NCBI RefSeq assembly: GCF_037042905.1
Contig: NC_087245.1
Location: 27,590,001-27,654,000, forward strand
From: Lytechinus pictus
Lineage: Eukaryota
Length of the DNA stretch: 64,000 nucleotides
Direction: 5' to 3'
Both the position numbers and the translations under genes were made by a program. Below are positions 13,041-25,338 of this stretch, piece by piece. Under the pieces are notes generated by a model. It saw nothing but the letters and a program-made list of their open reading frames with translations. It did not search any database and was not told the DNA's origin. How positions within the stretch are numbered: position 1 is the first letter of the stretch; the number at the start of each line of letters is the position of its first letter.

Positions 13041-13642
13041 TCTGTCCTGATGAAAGAAAAATATAATTTGAATTAAAACTTGAATTTTTTTAAAAAGCAA
13101 TTGTATATATTGGAGTAAGTGGAAGAGTAGTCCTTGCCATACATCACTATGACATCACAAATGTTGCCAATTTGAAGTGTCCATGGATATTAGCGATTAA
13201 TACAACGTTTTAAAATTCATAACTTTCTTCTTGTTTGTCTAATATTGTTCAAATTTTCATTTAACAACTTGTCTGATTTTTCTTTTTCCTCTAAAAAGTA
13301 ATTTTTATTTGGGTTTGATTCCCCTTTAAATTGTCGTGTAATTTTTTGTTTCTTCATGGAGATTTTTGTGTTTTTTTTACACACATGGACAATATTAAAT
13401 ACAACACTAGTGGAAAAAATACACTGGGGTTTGGGGTAATTTTGAACCTGAAATGCCTAAAAGAGCCCTGGACTCTAAAAAAGGGGAAAAAAGTTTATCA
13501 AATGTTGCAGATTTAGGCAGTAAGTTGTGAAAAAGTAGCCCACCCCAAGAAATAAATAAAACCTTTCGCCTGTACAACACACATCAAACTTTATTTTTTT
13601 AATTTTTTTATTAGACCTATTATGTTAACTTATGTCTTTTAA

Positions 13643-14014
13643 AGGTAAAAGACAGTAGTTGCAGCAAACAATTATTTCATGAGAAAGTGTTTTAAATCAA
13701 GGTTAATTGTCACAGTATTATCATACATCTAGATCTGGTACATTAATGTAAACTTATCTTTGTAAAATCATGAAATCTTAGCTCAAAATCGAAAATGGTG
13801 ATGAACACTGAAAAGCATATATGGGACAGTGTATTAACATTGCTTCGAAAAATACCCGGCATTTGACGGAATTCCGTGCTTATTTGCTCATTTCTCAGCA
13901 ATTATGCATTTTTGGCACATATTTATTATTCATACATACAAACACTTTGGTGGTAATTTCATTGGATTCTTGTTGAACTCATTTTGAGATCGTTACCACT
14001 ACTGGTATGTATCT
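13643..14014. mobile_element. Kolobok-like MITE with TTAA TSD
   Basis: TTAA|AGGTAAAAGACAGTAGT ... ACTACTGGTATGTATCT|TTAA. Confidence 0.65.
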
Positions 14015-14301
14015 TTAAAAGTATTTCAATGCAGAGTTTGTCATTTGTCTCCAATTGATTTGGATTTTTACATAAGAAAATTAATCCCCTTTGTTAAAAC
14101 ACAGTGGTGAAATCACGTACAAGAATATGTTCCATTCATTCATACAGTCATGCATTACTTTACACAGCTTTATTCCACAGTACACAGTTTACTTTACCGA
14201 AACAGCTTTTATCATCATGCGTTCTTCGAAACAGTCCAAGAGGCACCGGTTTAATTCATAGCCACGATCTTTGCAAATTTGCAAAGAATTTACTGCCCAC
14301 A

Positions 14302-14648
14302 AAGAAAGGCTGTTTTTTAATGTTTTTATTGAACAAATCAAAACAAATCACAATCACAAGCAATCAAAACATTTACAAAATATTGTATCATTACACAAAA
14401 AAAGAAAAAAGAAGAGGAAATAAAAGAAATAAAAAATCAAAAGGCAGCCTTTTTATATCCAATCTTACATCAGCTCTAATCACTTATAGTTATCATGTAG
14501 GATTTTATAGATAAAAGAAATCAAACTTTTGAATTATCAAAATGGAGCAGTCACACTTGTCCCAATATTAAAAGTGTCATTGTAGAGAAGCTCGACATAA
14601 TATAAAATAAACTGATCTGTGATATAACCAAGAAAGGCTGTTTTTAAT
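14302..14648 (-). mobile_element. Short retroposed insertion with a TSD of about 19 bp
   Basis: AAGAAAGGCTGTTTTT(T)AAT at 14302-14321 and again at 14630-14648. Minus-strand AATAAA and A-rich end next to the left repeat. Confidence 0.7.
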
Positions 14649-15335
14649 TGGGAAATACTTTTAAAGTACAATTATTGCACTTTAAACAGAGTCAAATGTT
14701 TTTGTATAGAGAATTTGTAGGCAGCATGTTATTCTTGTCCAAGTTTATGCGTACACATTGCTCATAATAATAAGCATCGACTAAATTATAAAAATTTGCA
14801 TTTGTCTAGTTGTAAATTTCATGTAGGTTCAACCTCTGCTTACAAGTTTATATTTGGGTACTTCTTTAATCTCTCTCTATCATTAGGGATTTGTGCACGA
14901 TGTTTTTGGTTTTCAATTTCATTTCGGACAGTCTTTTACTGTTACTGCGCCTACATTGGCATTTCAGTTTATAAAGGCATTCAAAATTGGTTGATCTCAC
15001 CCAATTTGACTGGAATGAGTATCAAAATTGAATGGCAAAAATAAATAACAGTGTACATGGGAGAAAGAGAGACAAAAATTGTTTTTGATAAATGTTTATC
15101 GAGGTATATGATTTGATTTTACGTTGTAGGATTGGTTAGAATCGCTTTTTTACTTGATATTTTGTAACTTTTCATTTTGTTTTGTTTTTTTACTTAGATA
15201 GGAATTACCCTCTAGATTTTGTTCATGTAGAGCTGGACTTCTGCGATGACCTTACATCAATGTGAAAAGTCTCTTTCTATATAGACTAGATATGTAGAGA
15301 GAAGCATGATAATATAGGCTGTATTATGCAATTTA

Positions 15336-15341
15336 AATAAA
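15336..15341 (+). terminator. Candidate distal polyadenylation signal of unc-45
   Basis: AATAAA followed by U/GU-rich sequence, at the end of a U-rich block that resembles 3' UTR (about 14650-15400). Several alternative signals exist. Confidence 0.25.
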
Positions 15342-16551
15342 ATGTTGTTTTGTTATGCAATTACCATGTAGATAAAAACATTTGTATTTCATTATTTATT
15401 GATAGTTTATACATGTAGATTTAAAGTGCCTTGTATTTGTGCAATTGATTTCTTATTTGAAATCATCAGCGTCAACTTAATACCTATTTAAAGAATTAAT
15501 CCATGACCATTTATAAAGGACTATTAAGTCAACAAATACAAATTCATGAGTTTCGCATCAGCTTGCAAGTGCATTGCAATAAAAAATTGTGGGAACAAAA
15601 ATTAGATTAAACTAAAAAACCTCAACTAAATATAGTATTGTAGGTTACTGACTCGTATATGTTTTTATCATAGAAAAAAAAACACTCCAAGATTAGCCAA
15701 TTTCCATATTTTTATACTTTGGAATAAATCATGTCACAAATCTTTGTAATCCAAAGAATATTCTATCACACTTTATAAATTCATTTTGAAAAATATTGAA
15801 AATTATGCAGTATAAAAATTGTTAAGCTGTGGTCATTTTTTGTAGGGGGCGGGGGTATGTTAACTTGTTCTTGTATTTTTCAGCTGCTCATCTTGATTAT
15901 GAATTGTCATTTGGTTGAGTACATTTGCTATTCAATTGGTGCTTTTGATAAAATCCTTTGTTTTCTCTATAAACACTTGCCAATATTTCTTCAGGACAAG
16001 TTTGTACCATCACAAGACAGACTGCATTGCCTCTGATTGTCTTATTTTCCCTATTTGTTAATGAATTATTCTTGCTTAACTTAAATGTTTTCATATAACA
16101 TAATGTCTGATTTTAAGCATCTTGTATAATTCATTTTTCTTGGGTATTCAATACAAGAAATTAAAAAGAATTGTCATAATTACTGTAGAACTTGTATTTG
16201 GTGTCATGCTCTCTATGGTGTTTACATTAATTATTCAGTCTTTAAAAAAAAATACTGTGAAGGTTTGACCTATTTTATTGTTTTATTCTGATGAAAATTT
16301 TATGATAGAAACATTGAGGTTTAAAGAGAAAGGGCATAAATAAGAATATGTGAGAGTGAGAGGAAGACACAATGCCTGCATGAAATTTTTTAGCAGTTTG
16401 TTGATACCCTTATTACAAAATCATAGATATTTCAGTGAATAACTGACCACATGATTTTAATACAAACCGTTTGCTATTCCTGGTCGACCTAAAAGGTTTA
16501 TAAAATTGGTTCAATTGCCAGCTGAATCATTGAGTTTGAGTTTGAATCCTG

Positions 16552-16687
16552 CAGCCCGTAACACAAAGCTTAGCACTTACTGCAGAAAATTCTTTTAATG
16601 ATTGATTGCATTGACTTCAATTTATAATAAATCATGAATATCACGCATTAAGATTTAATTGCTATTAAACCTTAGTGTTACGGGAAC
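16552..16687. mobile_element. Small MITE (Harbinger-like)
   Basis: CCCGTAACACAAAGCTTAGC ... CCTTAGTGTTACGGG, flanked by CTG/CAG. Inverted sister copy at 45621-45749. Confidence 0.7.
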
Positions 16688-16709
16688 CAGGACTGTGTCT
16701 AAAAACAGT

Positions 16710-16956
16710 GGCCTATGTTCTGAACTCTGGTTTTGATGGTGATTTAAATATGGGTAGCCAATCATGACAAAATATCTAATAGATGGTCTGTGTGTCAGCT
16801 GATCTGATCCTTAAATCAAGTGCCTGGGAAGGATAAATCCACCATTAAAGAATTGGGAAAGAGCATAGTAAACATAGGAAACATCCTAGGTAAACAAAAT
16901 TCTGACAATGTTGGCTTGCCATAATTTCAGCATAGAGTAACTTCAGAATACGGGCC
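16710..16956. mobile_element. Family A MITE, degraded copy with no nested insert
   Basis: Right end CTTCAGAATACGGGCC. Contains the empty site GAGCATAGT|AAACATAGGAAACAT that is occupied by the SINE in the 3358 copy. Confidence 0.75.
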
Positions 16957-19259
16957 ATCATGTGTGAATCTGATAACTGTGAATGAAGATGATTCAAATT
17001 TTCAAATAAGAAGTCAGATTAAGCACTCTTTGATGAAACTGCTCCATGGAAGACAAATCAGCAGAAAATGAGGCCTTTAAATTATCAGAACCTGAAAAAA
17101 TGGCAAAGATCAGGCAAAGATCACCAAGGAACAAGATGAAACAAAATCATGGTACACTGTATGATAAAAAAGATTGTTGCCCATAAGCCCCCAGAATGCT
17201 TCCACTATGTATTCCATAAATAATGAAAAATGATAAACATTGATTTTATTTGTAAATATTACAATTTCTTATTTTGATCATATATGAATGAATGCCATAT
17301 TTTGCATATGAACTTATGGGCAGGTGTTTCTTGACCTTTGAAAAAAAAGTAATATCTGTGATGCTTTTCCGAGGTTGAACTCCTAATGATTGAAAAAAAT
17401 ACTGTCAACATCTTTTTAATTACAAATTGGTCCTAACCAGCAATGAAGTCTGATTTCCATATCAACAAAGTGTACCGAATGCAAGCATCAGTATACATCT
17501 TAATTAGACAGTCGATAGCCTCTGCTTTATCGGCATTTGGTGTCAAGTGATCTTCGATGTGAAACAGAAGATATTTGAATAGGATTATGCAGCGGGATAG
17601 TTAATGTATTTTGGTGTCTTTTGTGGAGATATATCCTCCAGCAACTTACAGTTAATACTGGTTCGTTTGAGGGGATTCCGTGGCAATCTGAATCTCTGAG
17701 ACGTTGATGGATCAGTTGGCCGTGCTATGACTACACCAGCCTTCCTCCCGTGGATTGGCTTGGAGCAGTTCGGGTGTTATCCTACCGGGATTCAGTCACT
17801 CGGAACAGTCAATAATTATCCATCAAGGTGTTAAGTAGGACCGATGAGGGAGTGACTGATACCTTCAATGTTTTTGTCACTCTCTCTCTCTTAACCCTTT
17901 GTATCCTGAATTAATTCAGAGGGGAATGTATTATTGTTTTGATGATATTTTCTATGAATCTAAATATCCATATTGCACCAATGATACTGATAAATAGTAC
18001 AACGGTGCTAGTTTATGCTACCCAAGAACTGTAGCCATTTGGATTTTATTTAGTAACTTTCTTCTAAATATTCATAAAATAAAGATCAAACTTGAATCGT
18101 CAAGTTCTCGTTTAATCGTACTATTTATCATGAGTTTCCCCTAAGTTGATACAACGTGTTGAGGGATAACCACACAAAACACCTTTTGATCTTGTGGCGT
18201 TAGTTCGAGTGTGTCGCTGTTTTGAGAATATTGAGTGCATTATACTTATTGATAGTGCCACAACGTTCTTAAAATCTAATTGCGACGTGTATGATGACGT
18301 AATCCTTACCATTTGACTTATCATATCCATCCATATTCCACACTTCTCAGAGCTATTTTGACAAGTTTGGTATTCGCGCGGTTAATGGAAAAGGCTAATG
18401 CCCGATTATGTTCTGTAAAGGTTGAATAATGTCTGATAACATGTATCTTCTTAACCGATCCACGTCATTATTTGGTGTACAAAAATGGTTGTCCATAAAG
18501 TTTGTGAAGTCATCAGAAAGAATGTATACCAAGATCACTCGAAACAAAAGAAATCGTGTTAAAGAATTTCGTTGGCGATTTTAACCTGTACAGCAATGAC
18601 GTAAGAAGATTGGCAATAATAAGATTGTGTGTGATATTTGGGGAAATATTTCTAAGCGTCAATAAATAACTGAATGCAGATATCTCTTCGTTTAGATAAA
18701 AGTTCGATAGTTATATGTTAAACTATATGACCTATTGAACCCAAGCTAAGTTTCACCTTACATGGCCATCTGATGCTATGCACCTATATTGCTCGTTGGC
18801 ACATAAAACTGAAACAAAACACCATTAGCACATCCATCAATTAACTTCCCTTGTAAGGTCTGGCTTCTGTGTCATGGTAAGTTGACGCAACAAGCTGCAA
18901 AGATACACTCCGTACACCTCACCCTGGCTTTAAAGAACACCCGATCATCCTCTCCTTGAATCCCTTATCATCCCCCAATATTCTCGGGATCTCAACAATG
19001 GAAGTTCGTACCGTGGTTTTGCAAGTGAAATGCCCATTCCTTGGTGGGCTGCCGATGCGTAAAAGGAGACGATATGGCAACTTCTCATAGCTCTCCTGAG
19101 GTGTTTCTTTGCAAATCAAAATGTCCTCGCATCAATCTAAAAGTCACTCTCTCGGCATCTTATCCCCCCCCCTTTTGCTTCTTCGTCAGGCTTCTTATGT
19201 TTACTTCTCTTGTTATATAGGTATAATTAACTCCTTTGTCTCAGTATTTCTTGTTGCTT

Positions 19260-19580
19260 CTTATTTTATTTTTTTCTTATTTTCTTTTTACTTCTTATAT
19301 TTATTCTTATTCTTTTTCTTCTTTCTCTTCTTCTTCTTCTCCTTCTCCTTCTCCTTCTCCTCCTCCTCCTCATTCTTCGTATTCTTCCTCCTCCTTCTCT
19401 TCCTGCTCCTCTTCCTCTTATTCGTCTCTGCCTTCTCTTTGTTCTTGTTGTTGTTCTTTTTCTTCTTCGTGCTCCTCCTATTTCTCTTATTCGTCTCTGC
19501 CTTCTCCTTTTTCTTGAACTACTCTTCCTCCCCCTCCTTCTTTTTCTTCTTCTCATCTTTATTCTCCCCTCTTTCCTCCA
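19260..19580. repeat. Degenerate (CTT)n/(CCT)n polypyrimidine microsatellite
   Basis: Visible trinucleotide periodicity. It produces spurious F/S/R-rich ORFs. Confidence 0.9.
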
Positions 19581-19933
19581 TTATTTGGTCTTTTATCGGT
19601 TCTTTGAGGGATATCTTTGAGTGATATCTGGGCAAGAATAAAAGTCTAGCATGTGGTTGCGTTTCAATTTCTGTCACTTAAATTTCATGGTTGAATTCAC
19701 TTCAGTCATTTCCAAAGAGATTTCTTATACCTGCCAATCACGGGTCCGAATCAAAATAATGATAAGTGAGTCCCAAATGGCATTCGTATCTCATGAAAAT
19801 TAATTTCCTTCTAGACAAGATATGTCTTCTTATTTCAATTTAATTATTGAATATCAAGTTTGTATGTTATACAGCGTTTAGCCAAAATGGCTATTTTTTG
19901 TCTTCGTACCCTTCAATCTTAATTCTTGTTGTT

Positions 19934-19957
19934 GCAATAATAATATTAATAATAATG

Positions 19958-19998
<41 letters not shown>

Positions 19999-20115
19999 AA
20001 TAATGATAATAATGATAATAATAATAATGATTATAATAATGATAATAATATTGATAATAATATTATTTTATTGTTGTTACTTTTACTTTTATTATTATTA
20101 CTATTATCATCATGA
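19934..20115. repeat. (ATA/ATG)n microsatellite
   Basis: Direct inspection of the sequence. Confidence 0.9.
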
Positions 20116-21633
20116 TTACTATATTCCCATCACTATCATGAGACCATGATCTTATAAAAAATGGACTTGCAATGTGATTTAAAGTGATAATTATACCATA
20201 GAGCGTTGAAACAATGATAATGTATTAAAAGATCTTGTTCTCTTGAATTTACTTTCTTGTCAATGTGCATCTGTTTATCCTCATTGTGGATGTTATGGGA
20301 ATTATGTATATGTAATGTCATTTATGTCATTGAGACTCTGCAGGAAGTCAGCACGGGTTGGTTGTTCCCATAAAGCATTATACCTTCGTCCACAGTGGGG
20401 TGGATAATAATTAATTTCTTATCAGTGTGTCATCTGGAGTGCTATGTGTTCTATGTTGTGTCACAAAAGTAATGATAACCTCTATTCCGATTGCATTTTC
20501 ATGGAAAGTACTCCTTGGAAGTCATAAATAAGAGAAAAATCAATGGAAAAGGATTCATCTGAAGACAAATCGTCAACTAAACATAATGTCACAATATATA
20601 CACACACACACACAAATATATATATATATATATATATATTACGAATGAACAAGAATAGGAATTGCGTAATTTTCCGGAAAATATCTGAACTATTCATGAA
20701 GAAAAAACATTTCTAGAGACAAAAGAATAAATTGACGTTACCACAACCCAAGTGAATTGCTATTGTGGGCGATATAATTTTTTTATCATTGCTCTTCCTT
20801 GTCTTCCGTAGTTTCTTGCGTCATACCATGATAACATCTATTACTTATTGTAAGCATAATATTTTTGATGACATTTTGTAGTACCATTACTTATTGTAAT
20901 AATCAGATTAAATTATAGCTTTAACGTTGTTTTGCACAAATATTATAATTCTCATATTCCTAATCAACACCTGAGATCCTTGATGGTTTTCTGTTTGATG
21001 TTCATGTTTGGTTGTTACATAATTATCGCCATTACTATATCGTTAACTGCAATCAAATTAAAGGGGTACTCCGGGTTGCCAATGGTATGATTTGAGCGGA
21101 TAAAGTAAAATCAGACAAAGAAAACACTGAAAATGTCATCAATATATGACAAGGAAAAACAAAGTTATGAGTTGACATATTAAATTTTTGCATTATATTT
21201 CGATGAAACAGCTCTGTGCATGTCATGAATATGCATGAGCAAGCAGATGATGTCATATCCCCACTTATTATTCCGTATTTTATTGTATAAAATTATGTTA
21301 AATCAAATTTTATCCTCAATGTTTTTTTAATGGATGGACTATTGATTCACTATGAAAGATATAATCATTACTGCAACTTATTTTGTTACAAGGTAGACAT
21401 GTCATACACGTATGGGAATATTAAATAATTGTGTTTTTTTATGAAATAACATAAGAAAAAGGAAAGTGGGACATTCATGAATATGTCCCTTTGATTCATG
21501 ACAACCTCCATTTAACTGTTTTTAACAAAATATTGTGAAACTTTAAAATTCAGTAACTTCGATATTTGTAATCAGATTTCTATAAGATTTTCAGCTTGCT
21601 GCTTGGTGAATTTTACTCTGTTTACTTAGACAT

Positions 21634-22432
21634 AATTGTATTCCCCGATTAGAGTTCGGAGGATACTATGGATTTGGCCTCGTCGCGCTTGTGAGCGCTC
21701 TACCAGCTGCATTTCTTCTCCGATCATCTTCAAATTTGGCATGAAGGTTTATAATGGTAATGCAAAGCTGCCTATAGATTTTGGTGTGGGCGGAGACTTC
21801 GTTGCCATGGTAACCATATTTTTGTGGAAAATGTGGTAACACCTGTAACTTCTGCTTTTTTTCCACTTTGTCATAACAGTTGGCACACATAAGCAATATC
21901 AGAAGGTAAAGCGAAGATGCCTTTCATTTTTTGTGGGGGAGGGGGTCTTTATTGCCATGGTAACAATCCAAGTGAGTGTTACCAATAATTATGACAATCC
22001 GATGTATCATGTTTACTTTATTCCAAGGTACATGTATGATAATACCATGCTGTTCCAATATAGAAAGTTTGTCATAGCAGTTGGCACACAGAAGCAATAT
22101 TAGAAGGTAAAGCGAAGATGCCTATCATTTTTGGTTGGGGGGTCTTAGGGTTAGGTTTACGAAATTTATCCAGATTACTCTATAATTGTATTCCCCAACA
22201 GGTGCTACTGGAGAATACTTTAGGTTCTGCAGAGTCACGCTGCTGCGTCATATTATTGTCATCAAACTTGGTACCCAGAGGCAAAATGTGGGCAGGGTCA
22301 TTGTTGCCATGATAATTGTATTTATTTGTCAAAATTTCTATGTGAGCTCTAGATATCGCAATGATGGATGATGCGTTAGGTTCGGGGATAAAAAATGTGC
22401 TCGGCTGCGCGACCCGCCAAGCATTTCTAGTT
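21634..22432 (+). mobile_element. Non-autonomous Helentron/Helitron-like element (HINE-like)
   Basis: 5' hairpin GTATTCCCCG...CGGAGGATAC. Internal repeat with about 200-bp period (21868 vs 22068). 3' stem TGCTCGGC...GCCAAGCA then CTAGTT. TT flanks and no TSD. Confidence 0.55.
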
Positions 22433-22434
22433 AA

Positions 22435-23011
22435 AGGGGAATGAAACCTTTGGAACAAGTAGGCTTCTGTCCAAACAGAAACATCAAAGAATAAGAACAA
22501 AGAAAGTTTGAGAAAAATGAGACAAATAATGAGAAAGTTATGAGCATTTGAATATTGCAATCACTAATGCCATGGAGATCCTACCATTGGCAATGCGACA
22601 AGGATGTATGATGTCACATGTGAACAACTTTGATCGACGATAAAATACCCCCTAAATGTCTCTTGGCTTTTTCTTATGGTGATACAAACTCTTTATCCAT
22701 GATGTATTCTTTAAAAATCTGTAGTACATGCCCTCCTATAAAAAGAATACATGATCTACTGATAGATGTGATAAAAGAGGCAGTTTAAGTGAAATATATA
22801 CTAAAGTAAAGGGGAGAGTTGTTCACAAGTGACATCACACATATTTGTCGCATTGCCAATGTGAGGATCTCCATAGCATTAGTGATCACAATATTCAAAT
22901 GCTCATAACTTTCTCATTATTTGTCCGATTTTTCTCAAACTTTCGTTGATCTGTTTCTTTGATTTTTCTGTTTTCACACAAGCTATCTTGTTCCAAATGT
23001 TTCATTCTCCT
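22435..23011. mobile_element. Kolobok-like MITE with TTAA TSD
   Basis: TTAA|AGGGGAATGAAAC ... GTTTCATTCTCCT|TTAA, long inverted arms. Related to 5478-6061. Confidence 0.85.
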
Positions 23012-23160
23012 TTAATTTAAGCCTGTAGTATATACCCGTTTAGAAGAATGTAAATCTAAGTCATGTGGAGAAAACACTAGATCCATCAACCTAATTTGGA
23101 TTTAGTCTTAAAGAAATAAACACCCTCACACAAGTGGGTGCATACAGCATCCGAAACATT

Positions 23161-23310
23161 GGCCCGTATTCTGAAGTCGGGTTTAACTTAAACTCAGGTT
23201 TAAAGTTGTGGTTTAAGTATGGATAGCCAAATGTAACACAAATCACTAATAGTATAGATACATAGAGATATATATATCTCTATGAAGAGATATCATATTT
23301 CAGCTCATTT
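23161..23310. mobile_element. Family A MITE, left-end fragment
   Basis: GGCCCGTATTCTGAAGTCGGGTTTAACTTAAACTCAGGTTTAAAGTTGTGG. No right TIR found. Confidence 0.8.
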
Positions 23311-23336
23311 AGACATTAATAGTTTTAAAACGAGCA

Positions 23337-23661
23337 CATGGACCCCATATTTTTTAATGTTTTAACATCTTTAGAATATATTCATCTACAAATCTAGGGA
23401 GTATGATGAGAAAGACATGGATTTTGAATGTTTGGGAGCAGAACTACGGAACCATTCTTATTTTAGACATTTTGGATGGTATTAGACTTTGGCTTGTTTT
23501 CGCCACATTTTGGGCTGTTTCAAACCAACTCGTAATACTTTGGATGGACCCCTTATTTTTAATGTTTAACGTCTTCCGAATATATTCTTCTTCAAATCTA
23601 GAGAGTATGATAAAAAAGACATGGATTTTGATTGTTTGGGAGCAGAACTACGGAACCATTC
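23337..23661. repeat. Tandem repeat of about 205-bp period, about 1.6 units
   Basis: ATGGACCCC..TTTTTAATG...GACATGGATTTTGA.TGTTTGGGAGCAGAACTACGGAACCATTC occurs twice. Related motifs at about 60758 and 61149. Confidence 0.8.
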
Positions 23662-24578
23662 GCATAGACGGTATGATCAGACTCTTGCATGTTTTCGGCG
23701 CATTAATAGGCGATTTGCTATTCAGTCTTCTTTCCGACTATCCAACCAATGTTACATTTACGATCAACTCCATTTATACCCCCCCCCCCCGAATACTTCA
23801 AGTCTACACCATTGCGGTGGAATAATCTGGTTTGAAATGAAGTCTGCCAATAGGTTAATACTTTGTTTTGTATTCACGAATTCATCTGGAATGATTTCCA
23901 GTCGGATGTAGGTCACTGCATGTCACAGAAGTAATAATTCATGCATACCTATTATTTTGCTCTCCCAAGGGCCCTATCCATTATTTCTGAGAAAGTTACA
24001 AGATACGAGACAGATAATTATTTTATTCCGTCATTATGATTTTTTTTTTGGGGGGAAGGGGTATGCTTATGTTGGAGAGTATTTGACAGCTTCACGAGTT
24101 CAAAATTCAATTTTCCTTGAGCCTTTACCGATAGCCAGCACATATGTTGATCAAAATGTTCTATTACACTCATTCATGCTTTGATCCTTTATCGTCAATA
24201 TTTGGGTATGATTCTAGTTACATTGAAATGAAATCATTCATAAAATAAAATAAAACAGTGTCAAACATGCGAAAGAAAAACCGCTATAAATTATGTTAAT
24301 ATGTTGATAACTTCCGTGGAAGTGAACCAAATCGCATTTATTTATTTGTTTATTTATGTGTGTGTTTGTATGTATTTATGTATGTATGGGTGTGTAAGGG
24401 TGTATGGATGTATGTATGCATTGTTAATTTGTTGATTTATAACGTTTATTTATCTATATATTTTAGCTTTTATTAATTTATCATTATTTTTTGTTGTTCG
24501 AGGGGGAGGGATTATAGTGTGGCTGAGAAAGGAAGTCTAATCAAATTTCATCAGGGATATTTTTATTGGATGTAATGC

Positions 24579-25338
24579 AACTGGGTGGTGCCAGTTCGCG
24601 CCAATGCAAAGCGGCTGTGGCAACTAGTGTCGCCAATAAGGTGCCTAGTGGCGTGACTACCTCCCAACTGGCGCGTGGTGGTGCGTAACGCCGCCGAAAA
24701 TTGAATTTGGCGCCATGAAAAATACCGTGTTTACACTTTGATCGGCTTTTGGTTCAGAACCAAAAGCAGATGCAGAATCGGCTTTTGGTTTGTGTTTACA
24801 CGTTGTTACAGCTCGCGGTTCAGAACCGCGAGCCGATGCAAAAACCTGAAATGATACGCACACCAACAATATACGTCATAATAAAGACAACGCTGGATCA
24901 TTGCGCTTACAATTACGTCATAATGGTAAAGTAAATGAAATGAGCACAAATTGCCAATGCAGAATCGGCTTTCTGTTTACACGTAGTAAAAAAGCCGATT
25001 CTGCATCGGCTCGCGGTTCTGAACCTACTACTTTGGTGGTGCAAATTGCCGGTTCTGAACCGCGAGCCGATGCAAGTTACTCGCGTTTACACGCTATGAA
25101 AAAGCCGATGCTGCATCGGCTCGCGGTTCAGAACCACGAGCCGATTCAAAAGCCGATTAAGTGTAAACACGGTAATCAATATCAAACATTTTTACATTTT
25201 TGTCGCGCCAAATTCAATTTTGGCGACGTTAGGCACCACCTCGCGCCACCACGCACAAGTTTGAGCCATTGCATGCCACTAGGCACCTTCATGGCGCCAC
25301 AGCCTATTTGCATTGGCGCAAACTGGCGCCGCCCAGTG
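24579..25338. mobile_element. GC-rich MITE with long TIRs (possibly CACTA/EnSpm-like), host of a nested MITE
   Basis: ACTGGGTGGTGCCAGTTCGCGCCAATGCAAA ... TTTGCATTGGCGCAAACTGGCGCCGCCCAGT. Inner arms CGCCGAAAATTGAATTTGGCGC / GCGCCAAATTCAATTTTGGCG. Confidence 0.8.
24724..25173. mobile_element. Harbinger-like MITE with AAT TSD and internal palindromic repeats
   Basis: AAT|ACCGTGTTTACACTT ... AAGTGTAAACACGGT|AAT. Repeated units of CGGCTCGCGGTTCWGAACC. Confidence 0.85.

Larger units (their letters stand above)
10625..13325. mobile_element. Kolobok-like MITE split by a LINE insertion
   Basis: TTAA|ATGGGAATCCAACC at left and GGTTTGATTCCCCT|TTAA at right. Subterminal AAAGTTATG / CATAACTTT motifs as in the other TTAA MITEs. 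The two halves lie at about 10625-10904 and 13041-13325. Confidence 0.75.
21062..23039. mobile_element. Kolobok-like MITE interrupted by two other elements
   Basis: TTAA|AGGGGTACTCCGG at left, with the body running to about 21633. A degenerate right end GCCTGTAGTATATACCCGTTTA lies at about 23021-23042. Confidence 0.5.

Noticed and set aside
17891-17930. TTAA-CCCTTT piggyBac-like left end; another at about 29324
   Set aside because: No matching right TIR found, so boundaries cannot be supported.
19109-19624. Long F/S/R-rich ORFs, also 56585-57278, 19847-20149, 31416-31718, 38894-39211 and 39574-39867
   Set aside because: They are translations of microsatellites or SINE sequence, with no splice context or domain.
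20450-20475. Partial resemblance to miR-153 (GTCACAAAAGT); similarly a miR-33-like TGTAGTTGCATTG at about 28251
   Set aside because: The seed regions do not match and I see no precursor hairpin.
23403-23911. 140-aa and 96-aa ORFs, also 24901-25353
   Set aside because: They lie in tandem repeat or MITE sequence, and the peptide repeats mirror the DNA repeats.
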